Of a DNA stretch of 64,000 nucleotides, positions 17,760 to 30,727 are shown in pieces. Position 1 is the stretch's first letter. Each line of letters opens with the position of its first letter. This DNA is from the human T2T-CHM13v2.0 reference genome, Homo sapiens. A model generated the notes under the pieces. The model was not told the origin of the DNA and ran no database searches. It saw only the letters and a list, made by a program, of their open reading frames with translations. The position numbers and the translations under genes were made by a program. The DNA is taken from assembly GCF_009914755.1 (NCBI RefSeq), contig NC_060947.1, one strand, 5' to 3'.

Positions 17760-18632
17760 CTAAAAATAAAAGAAGATACTCTGAAAATTGGAATAAAAAT
17801 TTGGTATGTGCAGAATTTGTACACCTATTTTTTTAATACAATTTCAATGCTTCCAAGCTGTAAACTTCTGTAAGTGAATTAATCCCCAGTAGTGGGCAAT
17901 AATTTGTGTGCTAAAGGGAGACAGCTTCTCAATGAAAAATATGCATAGTGCAAACACTTATTGAATTTGTTCAGATAATGTACCAACTTTAAAGAAAAAA
18001 AGACAGGAAATAAAAAAGAGGAAAGTCCTTATCTGGTTAGTGTTAATACATGGGAAAAAAGATAATTTCATTGAAATAAATATTTATGGCTAGTAAAGTC
18101 AGAGATGGTGGTAGCCATACGTGATCAATTATCAACAGGGACACTCACTGTTCTTTGTCAAGCAAGGCATCTGGCATATGTCTTATAGCCAGAAGCTGTA
18201 CTCTGGAACAAAAGGGTGCGTTTATTTTTCATCTTGGATAAAGGGATTCTTTTACATATTAAAACAAAACCTCTTTAGAGCTTAAATATAAACATGAAGG
18301 TTTAGTGACTGTGAACATTTCTGTGCTTTAGGGAATACTAAACAAAATAATTATTTTAATAAACATAGCATATACATAAAAATTTAAAATTATATACATT
18401 TTACTCAAAATAAACCATGTTAAAACTATGTACCTTTTAATTAAATTGACACCATCACAATTTGACAAGATAAGTTAAAAAAATGCTTTATCTTTTCTGC
18501 CAGTAGACAAAATGTTTAATATTAAGGGTATACAACTCTGTGAATTTAAAGAATAAAAGTCAGGTCAAACTCTTCTTTAAAAATGATAAATTCTAGTAGT
18601 GCATTTCATAAAGAATCCTTGTGATTAGATTA

Positions 18633-19131
<499 letters not shown>

Positions 19132-20971
19132 TCATCCAGTCATCCAGTGCAATCTGTACACCTGACTTTCTTGTCCGCACAAGCATCTATCTCATCTATC
19201 TCCTATCTAATGTTAAGAGATCTGATGAGAGAAAATCAGATGTAGGCGAGCACCAGGAAAGATGAGAGTAAAGTTTCTCCCTGAAACATCTGAAGCAAAG
19301 ACTTCTACTGACTTTCTGAAGGGGATCTCATTCAAGTGCACTAATGTGTAAGCCTAAACCGAACGAAATTTTCAAGGATGCGTGGGCAAGTGAGCAGGAA
19401 CAATATCCATTAAAGCAATTTTTTTTTTACTATCATGGCTGCCAGATTTCAGAGCCGTTTGGGGTTTCTTTTCCTAAATGGTTCAGCTGCAGTCAGGAGA
19501 AGAGCCAGAAGATGGAGGTCAAATACCTGAAATATTTCATCTGGTATGGATTTAGAAGCAAGGTACTTTGAAATGGGTTCTGAGGACAATGGTATACTTC
19601 AAATCATTAATGTACAATCAGAGCTCTGATCCTCCTCTGCAGGGCTGTACCTACTGCAAAAAGCCTAAAGTACAAGATGTGAGTGATCACCAAGTGTGAT
19701 AATATCTGCCCTATGTTTTCCCATTAGCTGGCTGCAACTGTTACATTTATCTAAGTGTGATATCAACCTACAAAACACACCAGGTCCTTCCCCATTGATA
19801 CCAGTAGTCAAATAAAGATGACTGAGTATTAAACAGATTTCTGGATACTGCAACTCTGACAATAGACAATGCAGGGACCTTTTAGTTTTCCCTTTAAATT
19901 CAGTAATAGCAGCAAGGCCACTTTGCTCAAAAGATCTACTATATTATAGGAAGTTAATTCTTTACAACAACTAGATGACCCCATTTGAGCAAGATAATTT
20001 ATCATTATCTTCATCCACCCTAGCAATCTTGGCCTCTGAAGTGGCAAGATATTGAATGACTGCACTGCCAAGTTTCTTAATCATTTGCAACAAAATAATC
20101 AAAAATAGAGTTTTTAAAATAATAACTTTTAAAGTTGGGTTTTTATTTATGTGGAAGATAAAATAACAAATGGTCGGTTCCCTGGAAATTGAGGTCTGTT
20201 GGGTTGTGGTGGGGATGGTGGCTGAATTAGGGGATTGAGTGCTGAAGTAACAATTTATTTAGTGTTACCCCCAATATTCTGTATTATGCTACCATTCAGC
20301 ACATGCCCACCCATAGGAATAAGACAACCTCGGTTTATGCTCAGCTTCACTGCTGACAATTTGGTAAATCATTTAATTTCCATGAATATCCATTACCAAG
20401 TCTGTAAAATGCTGGACTGTACAAGTCATCTTGTCTACTACTCTGGGTTGATACAAGTAAGTTATGATATATGAACTCATTTGTGTTAAGTTGTAAAGCA
20501 TGTAGTTGTAACATACCTATATTTTTAGTACAACTAGGCTCTTAAGTTTATATATCATATTCAGATATGGAATTTTTCAGGTTCCACTCAGGTTTAAGAT
20601 TCAGTATTTTAATGAAGACTCTGAGACATTGAGAAAATATTAAATCATGCTTAGTATGTTCTATTCAAACAAGCTGAACAATGAGTATAATTTTTTAGAT
20701 TTGTTGCTTTGGAAGTACCTGAAAAATACAGCTTCTAAGAATGTCTGCTTCCTTAGGTGTTCCAGATAGCAAAGGCCATATTTTCACATGGAAACACTTG
20801 AGATAAATTCCTATATGATGTAACACTGTTCTTATAGATTCGATGCCATACTTAAAACCAGCTCAATGCCTTACTAATGCCCCAGCTAATTAAAACATTT
20901 GAAAAGTACCAAAAAATTTACTTATAAGTATTCATTACTGGAAAACAAGATATTCTAAATGGGATGACGCA

Positions 20972-21242
20972 TTTGGAGGCTGAGGTAGGAGGATTTTTTG
21001 AGACCAGGAATTTGAAACCAGCTTGGGCAGCATGGTGAGACCCCACCTCTACAATTTTTTTTTAATTTTAATTAGTGGGGCATGGTGGCATGTGCCTGTA
21101 GTCCTAGCTATTCAGGAGTTTCAGGTGAGAGGGTCTCTTGAACCCAGGAGTTCGAGGTTACAGTGAGCTATGACTGCACCATTGCACTCCAGCCTGGGTG
21201 ACAGAACAAAACCCTGTCTCTAAATAAATAAGCAAATAAATA
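20972..21242 (+). mobile_element. AluJ, 5'-truncated
   Basis: Diverged dimer with J-type motifs (gttcgaggttacagtgagctatga). Confidence 0.85.
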
Positions 21243-24065
21243 GAAATGGGACAAGTCCATAAAATCATCATCAATTCAAATATAACGCATTCTTTCCAAT
21301 ATTAAAAATGTGCATTTGGAAAAGCCATTGATGTTTTTGTTTACAAAGTGTTGAGCCAAGTTAAACATAACACATTGAATATCTTATTTTGGCCAACATG
21401 TCTGTATTAATATTGTACTTTTTATCCATTATTATTATTCACTTCTAAACTTACATACAGTAAAATTCACTCTTTTTCATGTACAGTTTTATGAGTTAAG
21501 AGAAATGTATATAGTCATCAAACCATCACCAAAATCAAGACAGAATAGTTTCATCACTCCCAAAAATTTCCCTTATGCTGCCTCATTAGCAAGCCATCCA
21601 GCCACCCCAGCTCCTGGCAACCACTGTTTCTATAATTTTGACTTCCGTAGACTGCCCTATAAATGGAATCAACATGTAGACTCTTCAGCCTAGCTTCTTT
21701 CACTTAGCATAGAGCATTTGAGATAAATCTGTGTTGCTGTGTGTCATCAGTAGTTTGTTCCTTTTTCTTGTAAAGTCGTATTTTATTGTATTAATGTACC
21801 ACAGTTAATTCATCCACTGAAGGACATTGAATCTGCTTTAAGTTCTTGGCTGTTATGAATAAAGCTGTTAAGAACATTTGTACACAGGTTTCTGTGTGCA
21901 GGTAAGTTTTCATTTCTCTTGAGTAAATACCTAGGAATGAAATTTCTGGGTCGTATGGTAAGTGTATGTTTAATTTAATAAGTTGTTAACCTGTTTTCAA
22001 AATTGGCTGTACAAATTCGCATTCTCGAATGCACTGAAAAACATTCAGTGAAAGATTCATTTCTTTCACTTCCTCATCAACATTTATTACAGTCAATTTT
22101 TTAAAAATTAGCCATTTCCTAGTTGTGTAATTGAATATTATTGTTGTGGTTTTGTGTTTCTCTAGTGACAAATGTTGTTGAACATCTTTTTGTATACTTA
22201 CCCGCCACTTCTTTGTGGAAGTGTTTTACTCAAATATTTGCCATATTTTTTAATTGGGTTGTTTACTTATTATTGAGTATTGAGGGTTCCTTATATATTC
22301 TGGATACAAACCCTTCATCAGAAATATGATTTCCAATGTTTCTCCACCTGTGGCTTATCTTTTGCTAATTATTTATATCTTGCCTGATTTCTTTTACTAG
22401 AGATTTATAGTTTTCAGAAAACAGATCCAGCATATACTCTGTTAAATAAATACCTATATATTTTCTGTTTTAGGGGGGTTATTATTGTAAATTGTATTTT
22501 TTAACATTTCCAATTGTTCATTGCTAGTTTATTAACATACAATTGATCTTGGTACATTGAAGTTGTATTCTGCAACTTTACTAAACCAACTTACTAGTTC
22601 CAGGGGATTCAGTTGATTGGTATTTTCTACACAATCATGTTGTCCACAAACAGGGACAAGCTTATTTCTTGTTTTCTGATATGCATTCTTTTCATTTTTC
22701 TATCTTGCCCTAACTGGACTGGCTAGGACATAAATCATGATGTTTTAATAAGAGCTATGAGAGTAGACATTCTTGCCTTATTCTCAAGTTTGGAGGGAAA
22801 GCGTTAAATCTTTCACCATTAAGTATGATGTTCGCTACAGGTTTTTCATACATGCCTCTCACCAGGTTAAAGAAGTTCTCTTTTATGTTTATTAAACTGA
22901 GTTCTTCTTCTTATTATTATTATTGTTACCACTAATGGATATTGAATTTTGTTAAATGCTTTTTCTTGCATCTATTGAAATGATTGTATAGTTTTTATTC
23001 TTTAATCTTTAAATGGTAAATTATGCTGATTGATTTTCAAATGCCAAACCTGCCTTCTATTCCTGGAATAAACCTCACTTGGTAGTGATGTATTATTCTT
23101 TTTATATATAATTTATTAAATTTTTAAATATTTGGTTAAGAATTTTTTAGTCTATTTTTGTGAGGGATATTTGTTGTGGTTTTCTTTTCTTGCAATGTAT
23201 TTGGTTTTAGTACTAGGGTAATGAGTTAGGAAGTATTTCCTTCATTTATGTATTCTAGAAGAAATCACATGGAATTGCTAATAATTTCATTTAAATCTTT
23301 CTTAGAAATCACCAATGAAACCATCTGAACATGGAGTTTTCTTTGTGGGAATGTTTTGAAGTACGAATTACATTTCAGTATTATTCAGATAATCTATTTA
23401 TTCTTGAGTGAGTTTTGATAGTTTGTGTCTTTCAAGGAATTGCTCCATTTCATCTAAGTTGTTGAACTCAAAGGTATAAGGTTGTTTATTAATAGTTCAT
23501 TGTTTATTATTATTATTTTACTGTCTGTAGGGCCTGTGGTGATGTACCTTTTTTCTTCTTGATATTGGTAAATTGTTTGTTCTTCTTTATTTAGCATTTA
23601 TTTAGTGATCTTTTAAAAGATCACTGTTATTGAAGAACTAGCTTTTAGTTTCATTAGTTTTGTCTATTGTTTTTCCGTCTTCATTTTCATTAATTTCTAC
23701 TCTCTATTTTTTGTTCAGCAAGTATTTATTGAGCGCCTTCAATGTGCCAGATACAATGTACAGGGGACACAATATTTATCACAGGAGACATGGTGGATCC
23801 AGTGCTCATTGTTAGTCTTTTGATGCCACAGATTCCACATCACTGAGAGGTTATGTGGTTTGATTTTGTTCACCATTCTATTTACCGGACATATTTATTT
23901 TCCTACAGCACTCTATTAACCTCGTTTTCTGCCTTCTGTCAATTTATGAACAAATTGGGGTCTGTTTTCCCTCTCTACAGGTGACTTTTCTCACCTTTTT
24001 AAGTGCTTGGACAATTTTTTTTTAATTCTTAAATTTCAGTGACCACCAAATTTAATCTCAAACTT

Positions 24066-27000
24066 TATTTTTTATCTTTACTTTTTACTTTTAGATTCAG
24101 GATGTATATATGAAGGTTTCTTACTTGGGTATATTGGGTGATGCTGGGGTTTGCGCTTCTAGTGAACCCATCACCCAAACAGTGAACATAGTACCCAGTA
24201 GGTAGTTTTTCAAATCTTGACTGCCTCCGTCCCTCCCCACTTTTGGAGTAATCAGTGTCTATTGTTTCCATCTTTATGTCCATATGTACCCATTGTTTAG
24301 CTTCCACTTATAAATGAAAACGTGTGTTATTTGACTTTCTTTTTTTATGTTAATTCACTTGGGATAATGGCCTCCAGCTGCATCCATGTTGTTGCAAAGA
24401 ATATGATTTCATTCTTCTTTATGGCTATGGAGTATTTCATGTTGTATATGTACCACATTTTCTTTGTCTAATCCACTATTGATAGACACTTAGATCGATT
24501 CCATGTCTTTGTTATTACGAATAGAGCTGAAATAAATATATGAGTCCAGGTATCTTTTAGATAAAACAATTTTTTTTCGTTCACCCAGTAGTGATATTAC
24601 TGGGTCAAATAATAGTTCTAGTTTTAGTTCTTTGAGAAATCTCCATACTGCTTTTCATAGGGATTGTATTAGTCCATTCTCATACAGCTATAAAGAAACT
24701 TTCCAAGACTGGGAACTTATAGAAGAAAGAGGTTTAATTGACTAACAGTTCTGCATGGCTGGGGAGGCTTCAGGAAACTTACAATCATGGCAGAAGGGAA
24801 AGCAAACATGTCCATCTTCACATGATGGCAGGAAGGAGAATAATGATAGCCAAGCAAAGTGGAAGCCCCTTATAAAACCATAACATCTCATGAGAACTTA
24901 CTCATTATCATAAGAATAGCATGGGAGAAACTAGCCCCATGAGTCAATTATTTCCCACTGGGTCCCTCCCACAACATGTGGGAATTCTGGGAGATATATT
25001 TCAAGTTGAGATTTTGGTGGGGACACAGCCAAACCATATTATTCCGTCTCTGGCCCTTCCCAAATCTCATGTCCTCACATTTCAAAACACAATCATACCC
25101 TTCCAAAAATCCTCCAAAGCCTTAATTCATTCCAGGATTAACCCAAAAGTCCAAGTCCAAAGTCTCATCTGAGACAAGGCAAGTCGCTTCCGCCTATGAG
25201 CCTGTAAAATCAAAAGCAAGTTAGTTACTTCCTAGATACAATGGGAGTGCAGGCATTGGGTAAATACACCATTCTAAATGGGATAAATTGGCCAAAATAA
25301 ATGGGCTATAGGCCTCATGCAAGTTCAAAATCCAATAGGGCAGTCATTAAAACTTAAAGTTCCAAAGTGATCTCCTTTGACTCCATGTCCCACATTCAGG
25401 TTATGCTGATGCAAGGAGTGGGCATCAAAGGGCTTGGGCAGCTCCAACTTTGTGGCTTTGCAGGGTACAGCGCCCCCCTCAGCTGATTTCACAGACTGAT
25501 GTTAAGTGTATGTGGCTTTCCCAGGCTCATGGTGCAAGCTGTCGGTGGATCTATCATTCTGGTGTTGAGGACAGTGGCCCTCTTCTCACAGCTCCACTAT
25601 CTGTGTGGGGGCTCCAACCCCACATGTCTCTTCCACATTGCCCTAGCAGAGGTTCTCCATGAGGGCTCCACCCATGCAGCAAATGTCTGCAGGGACATCC
25701 AGACATTTTCATACATCCTCTGAAATCTAGGTGGAGGTTCCCAAACCTCAATTCTTGACTTATGTGCACCTGCAGGGCCAACACCATGTGTAAGCCACCA
25801 AGGTTTAGGTGGCTTTGCACCCTCTGGTGCAATGGCCTGAGCTGTATGTTGGCCCCTTTTAGCCATGGCTGGAATGCAGAGCACCAAGTCCCAACTGTAC
25901 AAAGTAGCAAGGCCCTGGGCCTGGCCCATGAAACCATTTTTTCTTTGTAGGCCTCTGCACCTCTGATGGGATGGGCTTCCGTGAAGACCTCTGAAATGCC
26001 CGGGAGACATTTTCTCCATTGTCTTGGTGATTAGCATTTGGCTCCTTGCTACTTATGCAAATTTCTTCAGCTGGCTTGAATTTCTCACCAGAAAATGTAA
26101 TTTTTCTTTTTCACTGCATCATCAGGCTGTAAATTTTCCAAACTTTTATGCTCTGCTTCCTCTTGAATGCTTTGTCACTTAGAAGTGTCTTGCACCAGAT
26201 ACCCTAAATCATATCTCTCAAGTTCAAAGTTTCACAGATCTTTAGGGAAGGGGCAAAATACCACCAGTCTCTGTAGAGCAAGAGTGACCTATACTCCAGT
26301 TTCCAACAAGTTCCTCATCTTCATCTGAGAACACCTCAGCCTGGACTTCATTGTCCATATCACTATCAACATTTTGGTCAAAGCCATTCAACAAGTCTCT
26401 AGAAGTTCCAAACTTCCCTACATCTTTCTGTCTTCTGAGCCCTCCAAGTCTCTAGGAAGTTACAAATTTTCTCACATTTGCCTGTCTTCTTCTGAGCCAT
26501 CCAAACTGTTCCAACCTCTTCCTGTTACTCAGTTCCAAAGTTGCTTCCACATTTTGGGGTATCCTTATAGCAGTGCCCCATTCCCAGTACCAATTTACTG
26601 TATTAGTCTGTTCTCACGCTGCTATAAAGAATTGCTTGAGACTGGGTAATTTATTAATGAAAGAGTTTTAAGTGACTCATAGTTCCACATGGCTGGGGAG
26701 GCCTCAAAACTGACAGTCATGACAGAAGGGGAAGCAAACATGTCCTTCTTCACATGATGGCAAGAAAGAAAAGAATGAGAACCAAGTGAAGAGGGAAGCT
26801 CCTTAGAAGACCACCAGATTTTGTGAGAGTTTACTCACTATCATGAAAATAGCATGAGGGATACCACCCCATGATTCAATTACCTCCCACAGGGTCCCGC
26901 CCACAACACATGGGGATTATGGGAACTATAATTCAAGATGAGATTTTGGTGGGGACACAGCCAAGCTATATCAGAGGTTGAACTAATTTACTTATATTCC

Positions 27001-27148
27001 TACCAATAGCATGTAAGTGTCTCATTTTCTCCACATTCTCGCCAACATCTATTATTTTTTGAATTTTTAAAAATAGCCATTTTGACTGGTGTGAAATGGT
27101 ATCTCATTGTGGTTTTATTTGTATCTCTCTGAAGATCAGTGAAGTTGA
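24066..27148 (-). mobile_element. 5'-truncated L1PA (L1PA15/16-like), split by a THE1 (pieces 24066-24664 and 26974-27148)
   Basis: Old-primate L1 3'UTR; sequence resumes in register across the THE1 (ctccatactgcttttcata ... gaggttgaactaattta). Confidence 0.85.
24665..26973 (-). mobile_element. Full-length THE1 (THE1C/D-like) MaLR: LTR 24665-25041, internal 25042-26598, LTR 26599-26973
   Basis: Two ~375-bp direct LTRs (tgtattagtc...ggggacacagcca...tat[t/c]a), ~1.56-kb MaLR internal region, degenerate 5-bp TSD gggat/gaggt. Confidence 0.93.
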
Positions 27149-27772
27149 TCTGATCTTATATTTACTAGTCTCTTCATTTGGCTTTGTTTGGATTTAATTT
27201 ACTTTTCTTTTCCTAGTTCCTTGAAATGGAAGCTTATACTGTTGATCTGGGACCTTTCTTCTTTTCTAAATACAAGCAAGTAATGTTAAATTTAGTTCTA
27301 AGTATTGCTTTAGTTACATTCTAAAAATTTTGATAAAGTATATATTGTCATTCAGTTCAAAATATTTTCCAATTTCTCTTGTTTACTGTTTAATTAAAAT
27401 ATTTAGGGCATTTCCAGATATCTTTCTGTTATTAATTTTTAGTGTAATTTCATTATGATTAGAGAACATACTTTTTATCATTTCAATTCTTTAAAATTTT
27501 TTAAAAGTGTGTTTTATGTCCCAGAAAATGATTTCTCTTTGTGACTGTTCCATGAACACTTGAAAGGAATGTATAGTCTGCTGTTGGGTGGTCATTTCTA
27601 AAAATGTCAATTAGGTCATGTTGTTTGATAGTATTTTTCAGGTTTTCTATATCCTTATTGACTTCCTCACAACTTTTTCTATCAATTACTAAAAGAAGAA
27701 TGGTGTAATCTCCATCTATAACTGTGGATTTGTCTATTTTTATTTTCAGTTCTGGAAGTTTTTGCTTTATGT

Positions 27773-28133
<361 letters not shown>

Positions 28134-30386
28134 TAAATTGACCCTTTATTCTTTAGTTATGTAATGCTGCTCTTTATTCCTGGTACTAGTCCTTGCTCTG
28201 CATTCTACTTTGCCAGACACTAATATAAACACTCCAGCTTTGTTTTGATTGCTGTACCATAGTATATCACTTTCCATATTGTATTTTACCCTATGTCTTT
28301 TATATAAAGTGGATTTCTTTTATAAAACATATAGTTTGGTTATTTAATCCAATATGACAATACGTTTTAATTAGTTTCTTTACACCACTTACATTTAATG
28401 TAATTACTGATATGGTTGGATATAGGTATACCATATTATTTGTTGTTTTCTGTTTGTCCCTCTGACATTGATCTCCTTTTTCCAACTTCTTTTGGATTAT
28501 CTGAATACTTTTTGGTATTCTGTTTTAATTTTTTTTTGCATATTTTTAAGTGATTGTTTTAAGGATTACAATGTACATATCTATTTTTTCTTTTTACACA
28601 TTTAATATTTTACAACCTCAATGACAACTATCTAGGTACCTTTTCCCTCCCCTCTTTGTTTTATAGTCATCATACATAGTACATCTCCATGTATTAAAAA
28701 CCCTGATAGACAATGTTATCATTTTTACTTTCAACAGTCATACATATTTTAAAGAACTTAAGAAGACAAAAATAGAATCCCATATTTACCCAGAATTTGC
28801 CATTTAATTTGGTCTTTTTTTGTTCCTGAAACTCAAATTTTCTCCTGCTATCATTTCCATTCAGCCTGAAGAATTTACTTTAACATTTTTAAGAATAGAT
28901 CTGTTTGCAAAAACTTTTCTTAGGTTTTTTAAATCTGAGAATGTCTTTATTTCATCATTTCTGATACATATTTTCATGGACTATAGGAATCGGGGTTGAC
29001 TTTTTTTTTTCATTTAAAGATGTTTTTCCACTGTTTTACATCTCCATGGTTTCTCTTAAGAAAAATTCAGTCATTCATACCCTTGTTTTCCTATGTATAT
29101 GCTGTTTTTCTATGGCTATTTTCAACATTTTTTTTTACCTTTGGCTTTCAACAGTTTGATTATTAAGTGTCTAGGCATAATTTTCTTTGATTTTATATTA
29201 TTTCAAGCTCCTTGATATTGAATCTGTAAATTTTCATCTTTTACAAAATTTGAGAAGTTTTCAGATATTATTTCTTCGAATATTTTTTTCTACACCAATC
29301 TCTCTCCTGTCCTCCTGGGATTTCAGTGACATGAATACTATTTTTATATCATCCCATAGGGCTTGAGTTTCTGTTCATATTTCTACATATTTTTTTCCTC
29401 TCTGGTCATCAGATTAATTTGTGTTGATTTATCTTAAAGTTCACTGACTGTTTCCACTGTCTTCATCATTCTCTTACTGAGCACAGATGGTGCCTGTAAA
29501 AAAATTTCAGATAATGAATTTTCAGCTCTATAATTTCCATTTAGTATTATTTTCTAGGCTCTATTACTCTGCTGAGAACTTCTCACAGCTTACTCTTTTT
29601 CAAGGTGTTTATTTTCATCTAAGGGAGCATAGTTATAGTAGCTGTTTTAACACCTTTTGATAGAATTCCAACATCTGGGTCATATTGGTGTTGGCATCTC
29701 CTGTTGAGTATGTTTAAATTCTATTTTGGTTCTTTTGAATATTATTTGTTGGCATCCTCTTGAGAATGTTGATTTGGCAGAACACAGTTAGCAGGCAATC
29801 TACTATGTCAGATTCAACTGCAAATACTTTTTTTAAAAAACTTCTGTCAGCAAGTCAGCTCAGTTTTGAAATCCTTTTCTGTGTTATTTTGGGTCTGTCC
29901 TCACACTAGTACCATTTGGGTGGTGGTTTCAATGTCAATTCTATTTCCAAAGCCTCTGCTATCTATTTCGAATCTGTCCCACTCCTGAACAACTCAAGGA
30001 TGAGCTTAAGCTTTCCACAGGTTGATGCCCAGTATTAAAAGATCCCCTTCCTCAACTCTTTCCTCTCCATGATTCTCCACTCACTGTACAGCCTGCAAGG
30101 GCCACTTTTCCTGGTCCTCTAGACAGAAATATAGGGTTTCCCTTAGAGTTTATTTTAGTTGTTCTATTGTCACTGCAGCATAGCTCTGCAACTGGAGCCA
30201 CCATTGATTAAAAAGTGGAAGTGAAAGACAGAGAATGAAACTGACTCAGAATTTACTCTCACACTGTTGGGACTGCCAGCTGCTATTGCAGTTTTAGCCA
30301 GTAATGTACCGCTCCATAGTTCCATGAGATGGATCCAGCCTTGGGTCAAAGTCTCAAGAGAAATGGGGGAAAACTGGGAAACTCAC

Positions 30387-30495
30387 CCATATATGGTCAC
30401 TTCATATTCTGACTGCCATCCTCAATCTGCCTGCTTTTGTTTACCTTTAGGAGTTCTGAGGGAGTTTCTCTTAAAATTTTGTCCAGAGATTGTAG
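30387..30495 (-). other. HDX: Probable non-coding 5'UTR cassette exon of HDX (109 nt), inside an old L1 5' region
   Basis: Acceptor ctcctgattattacag|CT at 30496/30495 and strong donor TGG|GTGAGT at 30387/30386; fits my recollection of a short HDX 5'UTR exon (not verified). Confidence 0.7.
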
Positions 30496-30684
30496 CTGTA
30501 ATAATCAGGAGAGAAGGTTATAGTGGGCTTACTTCATGTTGGTCAGAATCGGAAGTCTAGCACTGCATTTTTAAAATTTAGATCAAACTAAACTTTAAGG
30601 AACTTTAAGTCAAATCAAAGCTATATTTATTTAACCCTTGCTGAAGAGCAATACTTTTGGGCTGATATTACTGGTTTAAAATCT

Positions 30685-30688
<4 letters not shown>

Positions 30689-30726
<38 letters not shown>
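30689..30726. repeat. (CA)19 microsatellite
   Basis: Read directly. Confidence 0.97.

Positions 30727-30727
<1 letters not shown>

Noticed and set aside
24921-26649. Several ORFs up to 146 aa
   Set aside because: Remnants of the THE1 LTR and internal region; fragmented.
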